A DNA stretch of 64,000 bases. Source: a candidate division FCPU426 bacterium (GTDB lineage Bacteria > Oederibacteriota > PGYV01 > Palsa-1178). The notes below the pieces were generated by a model, which did no database searches, was not told the DNA's origin, and worked only from the letters and a program-made list of their open reading frames with translations. Shown here piece after piece: positions 29,725 to 38,814 of this stretch. The position numbers and the translations under genes were made by a program. The stretch is from assembly GCA_963840035.1 (NCBI GenBank), contig CAWIXE010000002.1:1120001-1184000 (forward strand), read 5' to 3'. Numbering within the stretch: the first letter of the stretch is position 1; every line of letters starts with the position of its first letter.

Positions 29725-31293
29725 CTATTTACCTTTAAGCAGTTTATATTCTACCGAATCAACCAGCGCAAGCCAGCTTGCTTCTATAATGTTTTCAGAA
29801 ACACCAACGGTCGTCCAGACATCCTTTTTATCCGAACTCTCAATTAACACCCTTACTTTCGCGCTCGTTCCTTCCTCGCCTTCTATGACGCGCACCTTAT
29901 AGTCAACCAGGTGCATGTCTTTTATGGCGGGATAAAATTTAATAAGAGCTTTGCGGAGCGCGTTATCAAGCGCGTTTACAGGTCCGTCGCCTTCTGCGGC
30001 GGTGTGTTCCAGCTTATCCTTAACTTTTATCTTTATCGTGGCCTCGGAAAAAAGCGTTCCCGCTTTGTCCTCAACAATAACCCTTAAGCCTTTAAGCTCA
30101 AAAAAGGGCTTATATTTTGAGAGGTTTTTCTTAAGGAAGAGGTTTAAAGACGCGTCAGCGCCTTCAAACTCATAGCCGTCTTCCTCCATCTTTTTTATCT
30201 TGGAAAGGAACTCTTTTGTCCGCGGGTCATCCTTTTCAAGCTTGATGCCCCACTGTTTGGACTTAAATAACAGGCTTGATATGCCCGCCTGGTTGGTAAC
30301 CGGAATCTGCCTTACATTGCCGACAAGCTCCGGCTTCATGTGCTCGTATGCCCGTTCATCTTTCATCATGGCATCAGCGTGTACTCCTGCTTTGTGTGTG
30401 AACGCGCTTTTTCCAACATACGGCTGGCTGTCCATGGGCGATATATTCGCCACTTCATAAAAGTAATGCGCGCTTTCCATGAGCTTGTTTATCTGTTTTA
30501 CGGGTATGGTTTCATAACCCATTTTAAGCGTCAGGGCGGGTATGAGCGAAACCAGGTTCATGTTTCCTGTCCTTTCGCCAAATCCGTTCATGGTACCCTG
30601 GACATGCGTAAATCCGTTTTCAACGGCTATTATGGCGTTGGCTACAGCCAGGTCGGAATCATTATGAGTGTGTATGCCGAGTTTTGTCTTTATCTTTGAA
30701 AAAACGTCCTTTGTTATCGCGTCCATCTCCGATGTAAGCGTCCCGCCGTTTGTGTCGCAAAGGCAGATACAGTCGGCGCCCGCCGCTTCAGCGGCCTTAA
30801 TGCATTTTAAAGCGTATTCAGGGCTGTCCTTGTAGCCGTCAAAAAAGTGCTCCGCGTCAAATACAACTTCTTTCTTGTGGTCTTTTAGATAGGAGACCGA
30901 TTCCTTAATAAGGATTATATTTTCTTCAGGCGAAATCTTCAGCACTTTTTCCGCATGAAGCGTCCATGCCTTTCCGAAAATGGTCACAGTTTCCGTTCCC
31001 GCCTCAAGAAGCGAATTCAGGATAAGGTCGTCTTTTACCGTGGATTTTGCCCTGCGGGTGGAACCAAAGGCGGCAACTTTGGAGTTCTTCAGCTTTAGTT
31101 TTTTTACGCGCTTAAAGAATTCCGAATCAAGTGAGTTCATCCCTTTTACAGGCCATCCGCCTTCTATATATGACATGCCCATTTCATCCAGTTTTTTGGC
31201 AAGCAGGAGCTTATCCTCCAGCGAGAAGGATATTTTCGGGCTCTGCGCCCCGTCCCGGAGCGTTGTGTCGTATATGTCAATTTTTCTTTTCAT
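29725..31293 (-). CDS. cimA: Citramalate synthase
   Basis: DTTLRDGAQ, EGGWP, FDAEHFFDG, HTHND, HKAGVH, GDGPVNALD, WTTVGVSENII. Confidence 0.92.
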   Translation of the reverse strand: MKRKIDIYDTTLRDGAQSPKISFSLEDKLLLAKKLDEMGMSYIEGGWPVKGMNSLDSEFFKRVKKLKLKNSKVAAFGSTRRAKSTVKDDLILNSLLEAGTETVTIFGKAWTLHAEKVLKISPEENIILIKESVSYLKDHKKEVVFDAEHFFDGYKDSPEYALKCIKAAEAAGADCICLCDTNGGTLTSEMDAITKDVFSKIKTKLGIHTHNDSDLAVANAIIAVENGFTHVQGTMNGFGERTGNMNLVSLIPALTLKMGYETIPVKQINKLMESAHYFYEVANISPMDSQPYVGKSAFTHKAGVHADAMMKDERAYEHMKPELVGNVRQIPVTNQAGISSLLFKSKQWGIKLEKDDPRTKEFLSKIKKMEEDGYEFEGADASLNLFLKKNLSKYKPFFELKGLRVIVEDKAGTLFSEATIKIKVKDKLEHTAAEGDGPVNALDNALRKALIKFYPAIKDMHLVDYKVRVIEGEEGTSAKVRVLIESSDKKDVWTTVGVSENIIEASWLALVDSVEYKLLKGK

Positions 31294-31299
31294 TTATGC

Positions 31300-31470
31300 C
31301 TACTTTAAAGTAAATTTTAAGACCACATACAATATGCCTAAGATCACATAAATTACGGCAAGCACTTTGAGGTGCCATGCCATGGAAAATTCCGCGTCAG
31401 CTTTTTTTGCCTTAACCTCGGGCGCGGGCGCCTGTGGCTGTGTTTCCTGATTTTCTGCTGTATTATCCAT
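31300..31470 (-). CDS. Small single-pass membrane protein (56 aa), not in ORF track
   Basis: GGAGGT SD before ATG; MDNTAENQETQPQAPAPEVKAKKADAEFSMAWHLKVLAVIYVILGILYVVLKFTLK; fills the lysC-cimA gap. Confidence 0.75.
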   Translation of the reverse strand: MDNTAENQETQPQAPAPEVKAKKADAEFSMAWHLKVLAVIYVILGILYVVLKFTLK

Positions 31471-31501
31471 GTTACCTCCGTGGGCTTTTTAAGGCCTCAA
31501 A

Positions 31502-32740
31502 CTACTTTTCAGAAACAGCTTTTTTCTTTCCCAGTTTGAAGGCATTGTGAAGCACTTTTACGGCCTCTTCAACCTGGTCTTCCCTGACAACAACAGAAAT
31601 CTTAATTTCAGAAGTGGATATCATTTCAATATTGATCTTCTTGTCAGCCAGGGCTTTGAACATGGCCGACGCTATGCCGGTATGCGTCCTCATGCCGACT
31701 CCGACCGCCGACACTTTGCCGATAGCCTCATCCATGAAATAACCTTTTGCCCCGGTTTTTTTCACGATGGACTCGATTACTTTCTTCGCCTTGGCGGCGT
31801 CTTTCCTGATGACGGTAAACGAAATGTCCGTTGAGCCCTGATCAGAAACGTTCTGGATTATCATGTCGACATTAACATCACCGTCAGCAAGCTGGCTGAA
31901 CACAAGCGCAGCCACTCCGGGTTTATCAGGCACGCCTTTTAACGTTATCTTTGCTTCCTTTTTGTTGTATGTAATTCCGCTTACCACTATCTTTTCCATT
32001 TTTGAATCCTCCTGTTTGATTATTGTTCCCTGTTCGTCGGTAAATGTGCCCCTCACGTGAAGGACCACACCGTAATTCTTTGCAAATTCAACGCTCCTGT
32101 TATAAAGCACCTGCGCGCCGCCGCTTGAAAGCTCAAGCATTTCGTCGTATGAAAGAAAATCTATTTTCCTGGCGTCTTTGACCAGCTCGGGGTTCGTGGT
32201 CATAACACCCGGCACATCCTTTAAGAACTCGCACACATCGGCTTTTATGGCTGTTGCAAGCGCCACGGCAGTCAGGTCCGAACCGCCCCTTCCGAGAGTT
32301 GTTACTTCATCGCTGTCGGTTATGCCCTGGAATCCGGCCACTATGCAGATGTTACCCTGCTTTAAAGCTTCTTTTATCTTATACGCGCCTTTTATGTCAA
32401 GTATCCTGGCTTTGGTGTGTTTTGTATCTGTCATAATACCGAGCTGGGCGCCTGTGAATGATTTTGCCTTGAAACCTTTTTCTATCAGGGCCATTGACAT
32501 TAAGGCTATGGACTGCTGTTCTCCCGTGGCCATTAGCATGTCAAGTTCCCTGGAATCCGGCTCTTTGGCCAGCTTTTCCGCGAAATCAATGAGATTGTCC
32601 GTGGTATCCCCCGGGGCGGATACGACCACAACCATCTGATTTCCTTTTTTCTTCTCCCTTATGATCCTGTCCGCCACAAAAAGCATCTTCTCCGGCGTAG
32701 CCAGTGAAGCCCCGCCGTACTTCTGCACTATTAAAGCCAT
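31502..32740 (-). CDS. lysC: Aspartate kinase
   Basis: VQKYGG, VVVSA, TTLGRGGSD, two ACT domains, ISTSEIKIS. Confidence 0.96.
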   Translation of the reverse strand: MALIVQKYGGASLATPEKMLFVADRIIREKKKGNQMVVVVSAPGDTTDNLIDFAEKLAKEPDSRELDMLMATGEQQSIALMSMALIEKGFKAKSFTGAQLGIMTDTKHTKARILDIKGAYKIKEALKQGNICIVAGFQGITDSDEVTTLGRGGSDLTAVALATAIKADVCEFLKDVPGVMTTNPELVKDARKIDFLSYDEMLELSSGGAQVLYNRSVEFAKNYGVVLHVRGTFTDEQGTIIKQEDSKMEKIVVSGITYNKKEAKITLKGVPDKPGVAALVFSQLADGDVNVDMIIQNVSDQGSTDISFTVIRKDAAKAKKVIESIVKKTGAKGYFMDEAIGKVSAVGVGMRTHTGIASAMFKALADKKINIEMISTSEIKISVVVREDQVEEAVKVLHNAFKLGKKKAVSEK

Positions 32741-32776
32741 GTTCCAATTTCCTCCTGATGAATTTATAATTTTAGT

Positions 32777-33961
32777 CTATTTTTTAATAAATTTCTCAAA
32801 CAGCTCCCAGCCTTTGTCAAAAACCACGCCGGTTAAAGCCGCTTCTTTTTCGCTGTATTTAACATCCGCGCGGCCGGCTTCTTTCTCGGAATCATATATC
32901 ATGAAAGGAACCGCGTCTTCCGTGTGCGTGCCGACCTTAACAGGCGTCGCGTGGTCGGAAGTAATCATAATCCTGTGGCTGCCCATGGCTTTCATGCCTT
33001 CGGCTATCCTGCCCACTATTTCAGAATCAAATTTCTCTATGGCTTCTATCTTACCCTTAACATCGCCGTTATGCCCCATCTCATCCGTGGCTTCCACGTG
33101 GAGATAAAGAAAATCCTTTTTCTTCATGGCCTTGAGCGCGTACTCGGCCTTGCCCTTATAATTTGTATCTATATACCCGGTAACTCCCGGTACGGATATG
33201 ACTTCCAGCCCCATGGATACCCCTATGCCGTTTACCAGGTCCACCGCTGAAATAACCGCGCCTTTTAAGCCGTACTTATCCTTCAATGAAGGCATGTCAA
33301 GTTTTTTGCCCTGCCCCCAGAGCCATATCATATTTGCCGGGTTTTTACCATCGGCCCTGCGCTGTATGTTGACTTCATGTCCGTCTAGCAGATATTGCGA
33401 ATCCTGCATTAGCCGCGTTAAAATTTCCGCTTTGGCGCCTTTAGGCATGTACTTTTCAATTTCCTGTCCTGTTATGTCATGTGGCGCCGTAGCCTTTATG
33501 CTGTCTCCGCCCTTCATGACCATTATATGCCTGTAGCTCTTACCCGGATAAAATTTGATATCATCCGTGCCGAGTTTCTTATCAAGCATTTTTATGAGTG
33601 TTTTTGCCTCTTCAGAGGTGATATGCCCCGAACTGTAATCGAGCATGCGTCCGGCCTTAACAGTGACAAGGTTGCAGCGGAACGCCACATCTTTTGGGCC
33701 GAGTTCTATCCCTAAGTTGGCCGCTTCCATGGGGGCGCGTCCCGTGTAATGCTCGTTTGGGTTATTGCCAAGCATGGTCATGTTCCCGATGTCAGAACCC
33801 AGCGGAAAACCTTTGCATAAAGGTGTGACCATACCGCATTCGCTCTTTTTTAAAAGGGCGTCCATGTTCGGCGTGTTTGCGGCTTCAAGAGGTGTTTTCC
33901 CGCCGAGCTCATCAACGGGAAGGTCTCCCATGCCGTCTGCTAAGAGTATTATGTATTTCAT
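32777..33961 (-). CDS. Cofactor-independent phosphoglycerate mutase family (ApgM; proposed homoserine kinase subfamily)
   Basis: DGMGD, GKTPL, GSD, YTGRAP.EA, PHD, HVEATDE.GH, DHATP. Confidence 0.9.
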   Translation of the reverse strand: MKYIILLADGMGDLPVDELGGKTPLEAANTPNMDALLKKSECGMVTPLCKGFPLGSDIGNMTMLGNNPNEHYTGRAPMEAANLGIELGPKDVAFRCNLVTVKAGRMLDYSSGHITSEEAKTLIKMLDKKLGTDDIKFYPGKSYRHIMVMKGGDSIKATAPHDITGQEIEKYMPKGAKAEILTRLMQDSQYLLDGHEVNIQRRADGKNPANMIWLWGQGKKLDMPSLKDKYGLKGAVISAVDLVNGIGVSMGLEVISVPGVTGYIDTNYKGKAEYALKAMKKKDFLYLHVEATDEMGHNGDVKGKIEAIEKFDSEIVGRIAEGMKAMGSHRIMITSDHATPVKVGTHTEDAVPFMIYDSEKEAGRADVKYSEKEAALTGVVFDKGWELFEKFIKK

Positions 33962-33988
33962 AAGGTTCCTTTAAATTAGATTTAAGTT

Positions 33989-34062
33989 CAGTTTCGAGTT
34001 TCGAGTTTTAAGTTTTAAGATAAATCAAACGCCCTCATCTTAAAACTTTAAACTTAAAACTT
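33989..34062. repeat. Inverted heptamer-periodic element (family B)
   Basis: CAGTTTC GAGTTTC GAGTTTT AAGTTTT AAGAT ... ATCTT AAAACTT TAAACTT AAAACTT. Confidence 0.88.
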
Positions 34063-34072
34063 CTCAATCTTC

Positions 34073-35245
34073 TTAGAACTCCTCAGCGTTTGCCGTGTTT
34101 CCTTCAGTATCAGCTTCTTCGCCTTCCTTGGGTTTCGGCTTGTCGTCCGGAAGCCTTAAGTCCTCGACATTTTCGGCTTCCTTTGCTTTTTTAGCCGCGG
34201 CAGCCAGCTGTTCTTCCGTCATTTCCTCTTCTGTGCTGTCGCCTTCCTCGCCTTCCACTTTGATCTTCGGGAAAGTTATGTGCGCCCTGAAATCCTTCTG
34301 CAGTTTCTTGACATTGTTAAGCTCTTTCCTGGCTATTGTGTAATTTTTCTTTATTTTAAGGGCGCTCTTAAATGATTTCTCCGCGTCTTCAAACATGTTC
34401 TTGTGCAGGTATGCCTTGCCAAGGCTGTAAAACGCTTCCGCGAATTTCGGGTCAAGCCTTGTGGCTTTTAAAAGGTGCTCTATGGCCTTGTCATAATATC
34501 CCTGGAGGATAAGCGCGTTGCCGTAGTTATACTGCGCGCCGGCAAAGTTGTCATCCTTTTTGAGGGTGTCCTCAAGCTGTGTTATGGCTTTGGCTATGTT
34601 CCCTTTTTTCTGGTAAGCCACGGCGATGTTTGATGACGCTTCGACGTATTCATGCCTTAACTCCACCGCTTTTTCAAACATTTCAATGGCCTTGTCGTAT
34701 AATTCCGTTTCAAGGTAAACAAGCCCGGCTTCATTGTAAAGCTCCTCAAAAGTCGGTTCCACTTTGATGGCGTCCCTGATTAAAAGCACCGCCTCGTCAA
34801 ATTTCTTGTCTTCCCTGTATATTTTTGCCAGGTTCAGCGACGCCCTCGCGAAAATATGCTCGTCATTTTTCAGTTCAATTGCCCGCTTATATAAATCCTG
34901 AATCTTCACTTTATTCTTCGCGAAGTCCTTCATTTCAAGGGCTATGGCGTAATTATAAAAAGCCTCGGCGTAATTGGGGTCTATGTAAACGGCTTTCTTA
35001 TACATGAATATGGCGTGGTCCACCTGCTTCATGGCTATAAAAGCAAGTCCGGCCTTGTTGTAAGGCTTCACAAAATCAGGCATGACCTTTATTGATTTTT
35101 TGAACATCTCCACGGCGCCTTTGTAGTCATTTACAAGATAAAGGTCAAACCCCTTATTGTAAAGGTCGTAGGCGTTTTCAGCCGCGTAAACATTCATGAA
35201 AACCAGGGTAAAAAACAGTGCGAGCAGCGTAATTTTTCTCATCAT
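34073..35245 (-). CDS. Exported TPR protein with acidic tail
   Basis: GGAGG SD, signal peptide, multiple TPRs. Confidence 0.87.
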   Translation of the reverse strand: MMRKITLLALFFTLVFMNVYAAENAYDLYNKGFDLYLVNDYKGAVEMFKKSIKVMPDFVKPYNKAGLAFIAMKQVDHAIFMYKKAVYIDPNYAEAFYNYAIALEMKDFAKNKVKIQDLYKRAIELKNDEHIFARASLNLAKIYREDKKFDEAVLLIRDAIKVEPTFEELYNEAGLVYLETELYDKAIEMFEKAVELRHEYVEASSNIAVAYQKKGNIAKAITQLEDTLKKDDNFAGAQYNYGNALILQGYYDKAIEHLLKATRLDPKFAEAFYSLGKAYLHKNMFEDAEKSFKSALKIKKNYTIARKELNNVKKLQKDFRAHITFPKIKVEGEEGDSTEEEMTEEQLAAAAKKAKEAENVEDLRLPDDKPKPKEGEEADTEGNTANAEEF

Positions 35246-35252
35246 ATCCTCC

Positions 35253-36320
35253 CTATTTTTCAATTATCTTCATTATGGATTTTAAGTCCGGTTTAACCAC
35301 TATCGGCTTGAACTCGACGCTTTTAATGGCCCTATCCGGGTCCTTAAGCCCGTGCCCTGTAAGGACGCAGACTATTTTAACCGTTTTCTTTTCCTTAAAG
35401 AACTTCTTCTTCCCGTATTTTATAAGCCCCGCCACAGACGCGGCAGAACCCGGCTCGCAAAAAATGCCTTCCTTTGAAGCCAGCAGAGTGTATGCATTGA
35501 TGATTTCTTTATCGGTTACCATGTCTATGACTCCGCCTGAATCATCCCTTGCGGCTTCAGCCTGTTTCCAGCTGGCAGGATTTCCTATCCTTATGGCCGT
35601 GGCGACTGTCTCCGGGTTTTCAACAGGGTGCCCGAGCACTATCGGAGCCGAACCCGCCGCCTGGAATCCCATCATCTTCGGGAGTTTCTTGTTCTTTCCC
35701 GCTTTTTTGTACTCTGTATAACCTTTCCAGTACGCGGTGATATTGCCGGCGTTGCCCACAGGTATAAAATGATAATCCGGCGCTTCACCAAGATAGTCCA
35801 CAACTTCAAACGCCCCTGTCTTCTGACCTTCAATGCGGTATGGGTTGAGCGAGTTTACAAGCTCTATGGGGTACTTTTCGCATATCTGTTTTACCATCTC
35901 AAGGGCCACGTCAAAATTGCCTTCAACAGCTATTACTTTTGACCCGTGTATAAGCGCCTGTGAAAGCTTTCCTAACGCTATGTATCCATTGGGAATAATT
36001 ACATAACTTATCATCCCGGCGCGCACCGAATAAGCAGCCGCCGAAGCTGAAGTATTTCCCGTAGAGGCGCAGATGGTGGCTTTCATGCCCTTTTCTTTTG
36101 CCTTTGAAATAGCCATGGTCATTCCGCGGTCCTTAAATGACCCGGTCGGGTTTAACCCCTCGTATTTGACGTATACCTCGACGTTTTCAGCAACCATTTT
36201 TTCAATCTTCGGCACCCTGATAAGCGGGGTATTGCCTTCCTGAAGCGACACGACCGGTGTCGACTTTGTAACCGGCAGGAACTTTCTGTATTTCTCTATA
36301 AGGCCTTTGTAGGGTTCCAT
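35253..36320 (-). CDS. thrC: Threonine synthase
   Basis: EGNTPL, NPTGSFKDRG, CASTGNTSAS, PVGNAGN, TGHGLKD. Confidence 0.96.
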   Translation of the reverse strand: MEPYKGLIEKYRKFLPVTKSTPVVSLQEGNTPLIRVPKIEKMVAENVEVYVKYEGLNPTGSFKDRGMTMAISKAKEKGMKATICASTGNTSASAAAYSVRAGMISYVIIPNGYIALGKLSQALIHGSKVIAVEGNFDVALEMVKQICEKYPIELVNSLNPYRIEGQKTGAFEVVDYLGEAPDYHFIPVGNAGNITAYWKGYTEYKKAGKNKKLPKMMGFQAAGSAPIVLGHPVENPETVATAIRIGNPASWKQAEAARDDSGGVIDMVTDKEIINAYTLLASKEGIFCEPGSAASVAGLIKYGKKKFFKEKKTVKIVCVLTGHGLKDPDRAIKSVEFKPIVVKPDLKSIMKIIEK

Positions 36321-36335
36321 TTAAAACTCCTTTTT

Positions 36336-36443
36336 AGTCTCAATGATCTCAATAATCTCATGAGTCTCAATAGTCCGCCTGATCAAAACACAAGCCCCGC
36401 CTTTACTTCTGAGACTTCTGAGATCATTGAGATTATTGAGACT
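36336..36443. repeat. Inverted nonamer-periodic element (family E)
   Basis: AGTCTCAAT GATCTCAAT AATCTCATG AGTCTCAAT ... TCTGAGACT TCTGAGATC ATTGAGATT ATTGAGACT. Confidence 0.9.
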
Positions 36444-36454
36444 GCATTTAAAAA

Positions 36455-37753
36455 CTAATCTACCACCCTGTACATAACCGTCTTCTCTTTTACAACCTTC
36501 ATGGCATCTATCTTTTTCAGGGCTTTCTTCAACCCGGCTTCTTTTGCCGCGTAGGTCATGATGACAACCGGGACTTTCGCGTGCTGCGACTGTATCTTCT
36601 GTATGACTGATTCAATGCTTATGCCGTTCTTCCCGAGTATGCCCGCGATTGTCGCGAGGACGCCGGGTTTGTCAACCACGTTAAAACGCAGATAATACTT
36701 TGAAGTGATCTCGCCCGCTTTGGTTATCACAACCGGCTTTGAAACAGCTGCCGGCTTTTTGATCCCGGTTTCCATGCCGTGCGAAATATTCCTGGCGATA
36801 TAAATAATGTCGGACAAAACAGCGGACGCAGTGGGCATTTCACCCGCGCCCCTTCCGTAAAATAAAGTTTCGCCGACCGCGTCGCCTTTTAAATATATGG
36901 CGTTAAATTCATAATTAACGGAAGCCAATAAATGCTTTTTATTTACAAGCGCGGGATGCACCCTTATGTTGACGCTGTTTCCATCTTTCTCCGCGATAGC
37001 CAGCAGCTTCATCACATAGCCAAACTCGTCGGCGTATTGTATGTCGGTATAGTTAACCGAAGTGATACCTTCGACAGGCACATCCGATTCTTTAATCCTT
37101 GTGCCGAATGCCATGGAAGACAGTATTACAATCTTGTGCATGGTGTCAAAGCCTTCTATGTCAAGTGTCGGGTCTGCTTCGGCAAAACCTTTAACCTGCG
37201 CTTCCTTAAGGGCGGTCTCAAAAGGCAGCCTGTCAAAAGTCATTTTTGTAAGTATGTAATTGCAGGTACCGTTTAAAATCGCCATGATTTTTTCTATCCT
37301 GTTTGCCGCAAGCCCCTTATCCATGCCGCGCAGTATGGGTATGCCTCCGCCCACCGACGCCTCAGCCATAATTTCGACTTTATTCTCGGACGCCGCAAAC
37401 GCTATCTCGTCCCAGTATTTTGATAAAAGCGCCTTGTTCGCCGTCACAACATGCTTGCCGGCATTTAACGCCCTGAGCACAAAATCATAAGCGGGTTTGT
37501 AACCGCCGATAAGCTCAATGACTATATCTATTTCAGGGTCATTAATAATGTCATTAATGTCTGACGTAAGCATTTCTTTAGGGACTTTTACCCCGCGGTC
37601 GGTCTTAATATCAATATCACATATCTTTTTCAATTCTACCTTTATCCCGGATTTGCCGTCAATGATGGCTCCGGAATTCTGAAAAAGTTTAACTACTCCT
37701 TTTCCAATGGTTCCAAAACCTATCAGGCCGACTTTGACTGATTTCTTTTCCAT
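36455..37753 (-). CDS. hom: Homoserine dehydrogenase
   Basis: GFGTIG, VVTANKA, EASVGGGIP, NGTCNYIL, AEADPT.D, C-terminal ACT. Confidence 0.96.
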   Translation of the reverse strand: MEKKSVKVGLIGFGTIGKGVVKLFQNSGAIIDGKSGIKVELKKICDIDIKTDRGVKVPKEMLTSDINDIINDPEIDIVIELIGGYKPAYDFVLRALNAGKHVVTANKALLSKYWDEIAFAASENKVEIMAEASVGGGIPILRGMDKGLAANRIEKIMAILNGTCNYILTKMTFDRLPFETALKEAQVKGFAEADPTLDIEGFDTMHKIVILSSMAFGTRIKESDVPVEGITSVNYTDIQYADEFGYVMKLLAIAEKDGNSVNIRVHPALVNKKHLLASVNYEFNAIYLKGDAVGETLFYGRGAGEMPTASAVLSDIIYIARNISHGMETGIKKPAAVSKPVVITKAGEITSKYYLRFNVVDKPGVLATIAGILGKNGISIESVIQKIQSQHAKVPVVIMTYAAKEAGLKKALKKIDAMKVVKEKTVMYRVVD

Positions 37754-37888
37754 GTTAACCTCGCTTCATATTCAAAAAAGCAGTAATATAACGTATCAAA
37801 TCAGGCATAAACATACCTGACGACGCCTTATTTTACTCTCTTTAAAAGGAAACAAAACATCATTTTTCCCTTTTTTTATAAGTGTTTA

Positions 37889-37917
37889 ATTATATTATCG
37901 GGGTTTAAAAAAGTCAA
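37889..37917 (-). promoter_or_regulatory. Sigma70-type promoter of hom operon
   Basis: TTGACT-17-TATAAT. Confidence 0.7.
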
Positions 37918-37922
37918 GAACC

Positions 37923-38008
37923 GAATTTTCAATTTTCAATTTAATATTTTCAATTAAAGGCCTTAGCTGGCATTTAATTGAAAATTGAAAATATAAAATT
38001 GAAAATAC
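37923..38008. repeat. Inverted heptamer-periodic element (family A)
   Basis: GAATTTT CAATTTT CAATTTA ATATTTT CAATTAA -16 nt- TTAATTG AAAATTG AAAATAT AAAATTG AAAATAC. Confidence 0.9.
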
Positions 38009-38073
38009 ACCCCCTGCCCTTGCCCTCCACCCCACATTATGCTATCATTAATAAGACCATTTTAGGAGGTTAT

Positions 38074-38814
38074 ATGCTCGAAATTACGGACCTTTGCGTT
38101 GAAATAAACGGCATTAAAGTGCTTAAATCCATTAATATTACCATCCCGGACGGTGAAACGCACATACTTTTCGGGCCTAACGGCTCAGGTAAGACTTCCC
38201 TTCTTATGACCATTATGGGTTATCCCCAGTATAAGGTAACCGGCGGGTCCATAAAGCATAACGGGGTGGAATTAACCTCCCTTCCGGTAAATGAGCGCGC
38301 CGCGTCAGGTATAGGGCTGTTCTTCCAGCGCCCCCCTTCCATAAAAGGGATAAAGCTTTCCCAGATGTCCGACATTATCAGCGGCAGAAGCGGTGTAAAA
38401 CTGGACTCTACTGTTGCCGCAAAGGCTCTGAACCTGGAATACCTGATGCCGAGGGATGTAAACCACGGATTTTCAGGGGGCGAGATAAAACGCTCCGAGC
38501 TCCTGCAGCTTTTCGCGCAGAAACCCGGCTTTATCATGCTTGACGAACCCGAATCAGGGGTTGATATAGAGAACATGAAGCTTATCGGCGGAAAGATAAG
38601 GACCCTGCTTGAACGCGGCCTTGAAAAGAAACAACGCTCAAAGAGCGCTCTTATCATAACCCACACGGGTTACATCATGGACTATGTGGACGCCGACGCC
38701 GGTTATACCCTTTTAGACGGCACCATCAAGTGCAGGCATGACGCGAGGAAACTTTTTGAGGACATACAATTACACGGATTCAGGGAGTGTGGCGCATGCA
38801 AAGACATAAAATAG
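38074..38814 (+). CDS. SufC-like ABC ATPase (SmsC type)
   Basis: GPNGSGKT, FQRPP, GFSGGE.KRSE, DEPESGVD, ITH; C-terminal C-x17-CxxC; AGGAGG SD. Confidence 0.9.
   Translation: MLEITDLCVEINGIKVLKSINITIPDGETHILFGPNGSGKTSLLMTIMGYPQYKVTGGSIKHNGVELTSLPVNERAASGIGLFFQRPPSIKGIKLSQMSDIISGRSGVKLDSTVAAKALNLEYLMPRDVNHGFSGGEIKRSELLQLFAQKPGFIMLDEPESGVDIENMKLIGGKIRTLLERGLEKKQRSKSALIITHTGYIMDYVDADAGYTLLDGTIKCRHDARKLFEDIQLHGFRECGACKDIK

Noticed and set aside
37754..37888. T-box, riboswitch or attenuator in the hom leader
   Set aside because: Only a short TCAGG..CCTGA stem; no T-box motif or Thr-rich leader peptide recognised
37978..38073. MKIENIKLKI N-termini (also at 12476 and ORF 39993-40178)
   Set aside because: Translations of family-A repeat arms; SD-supported starts lie downstream
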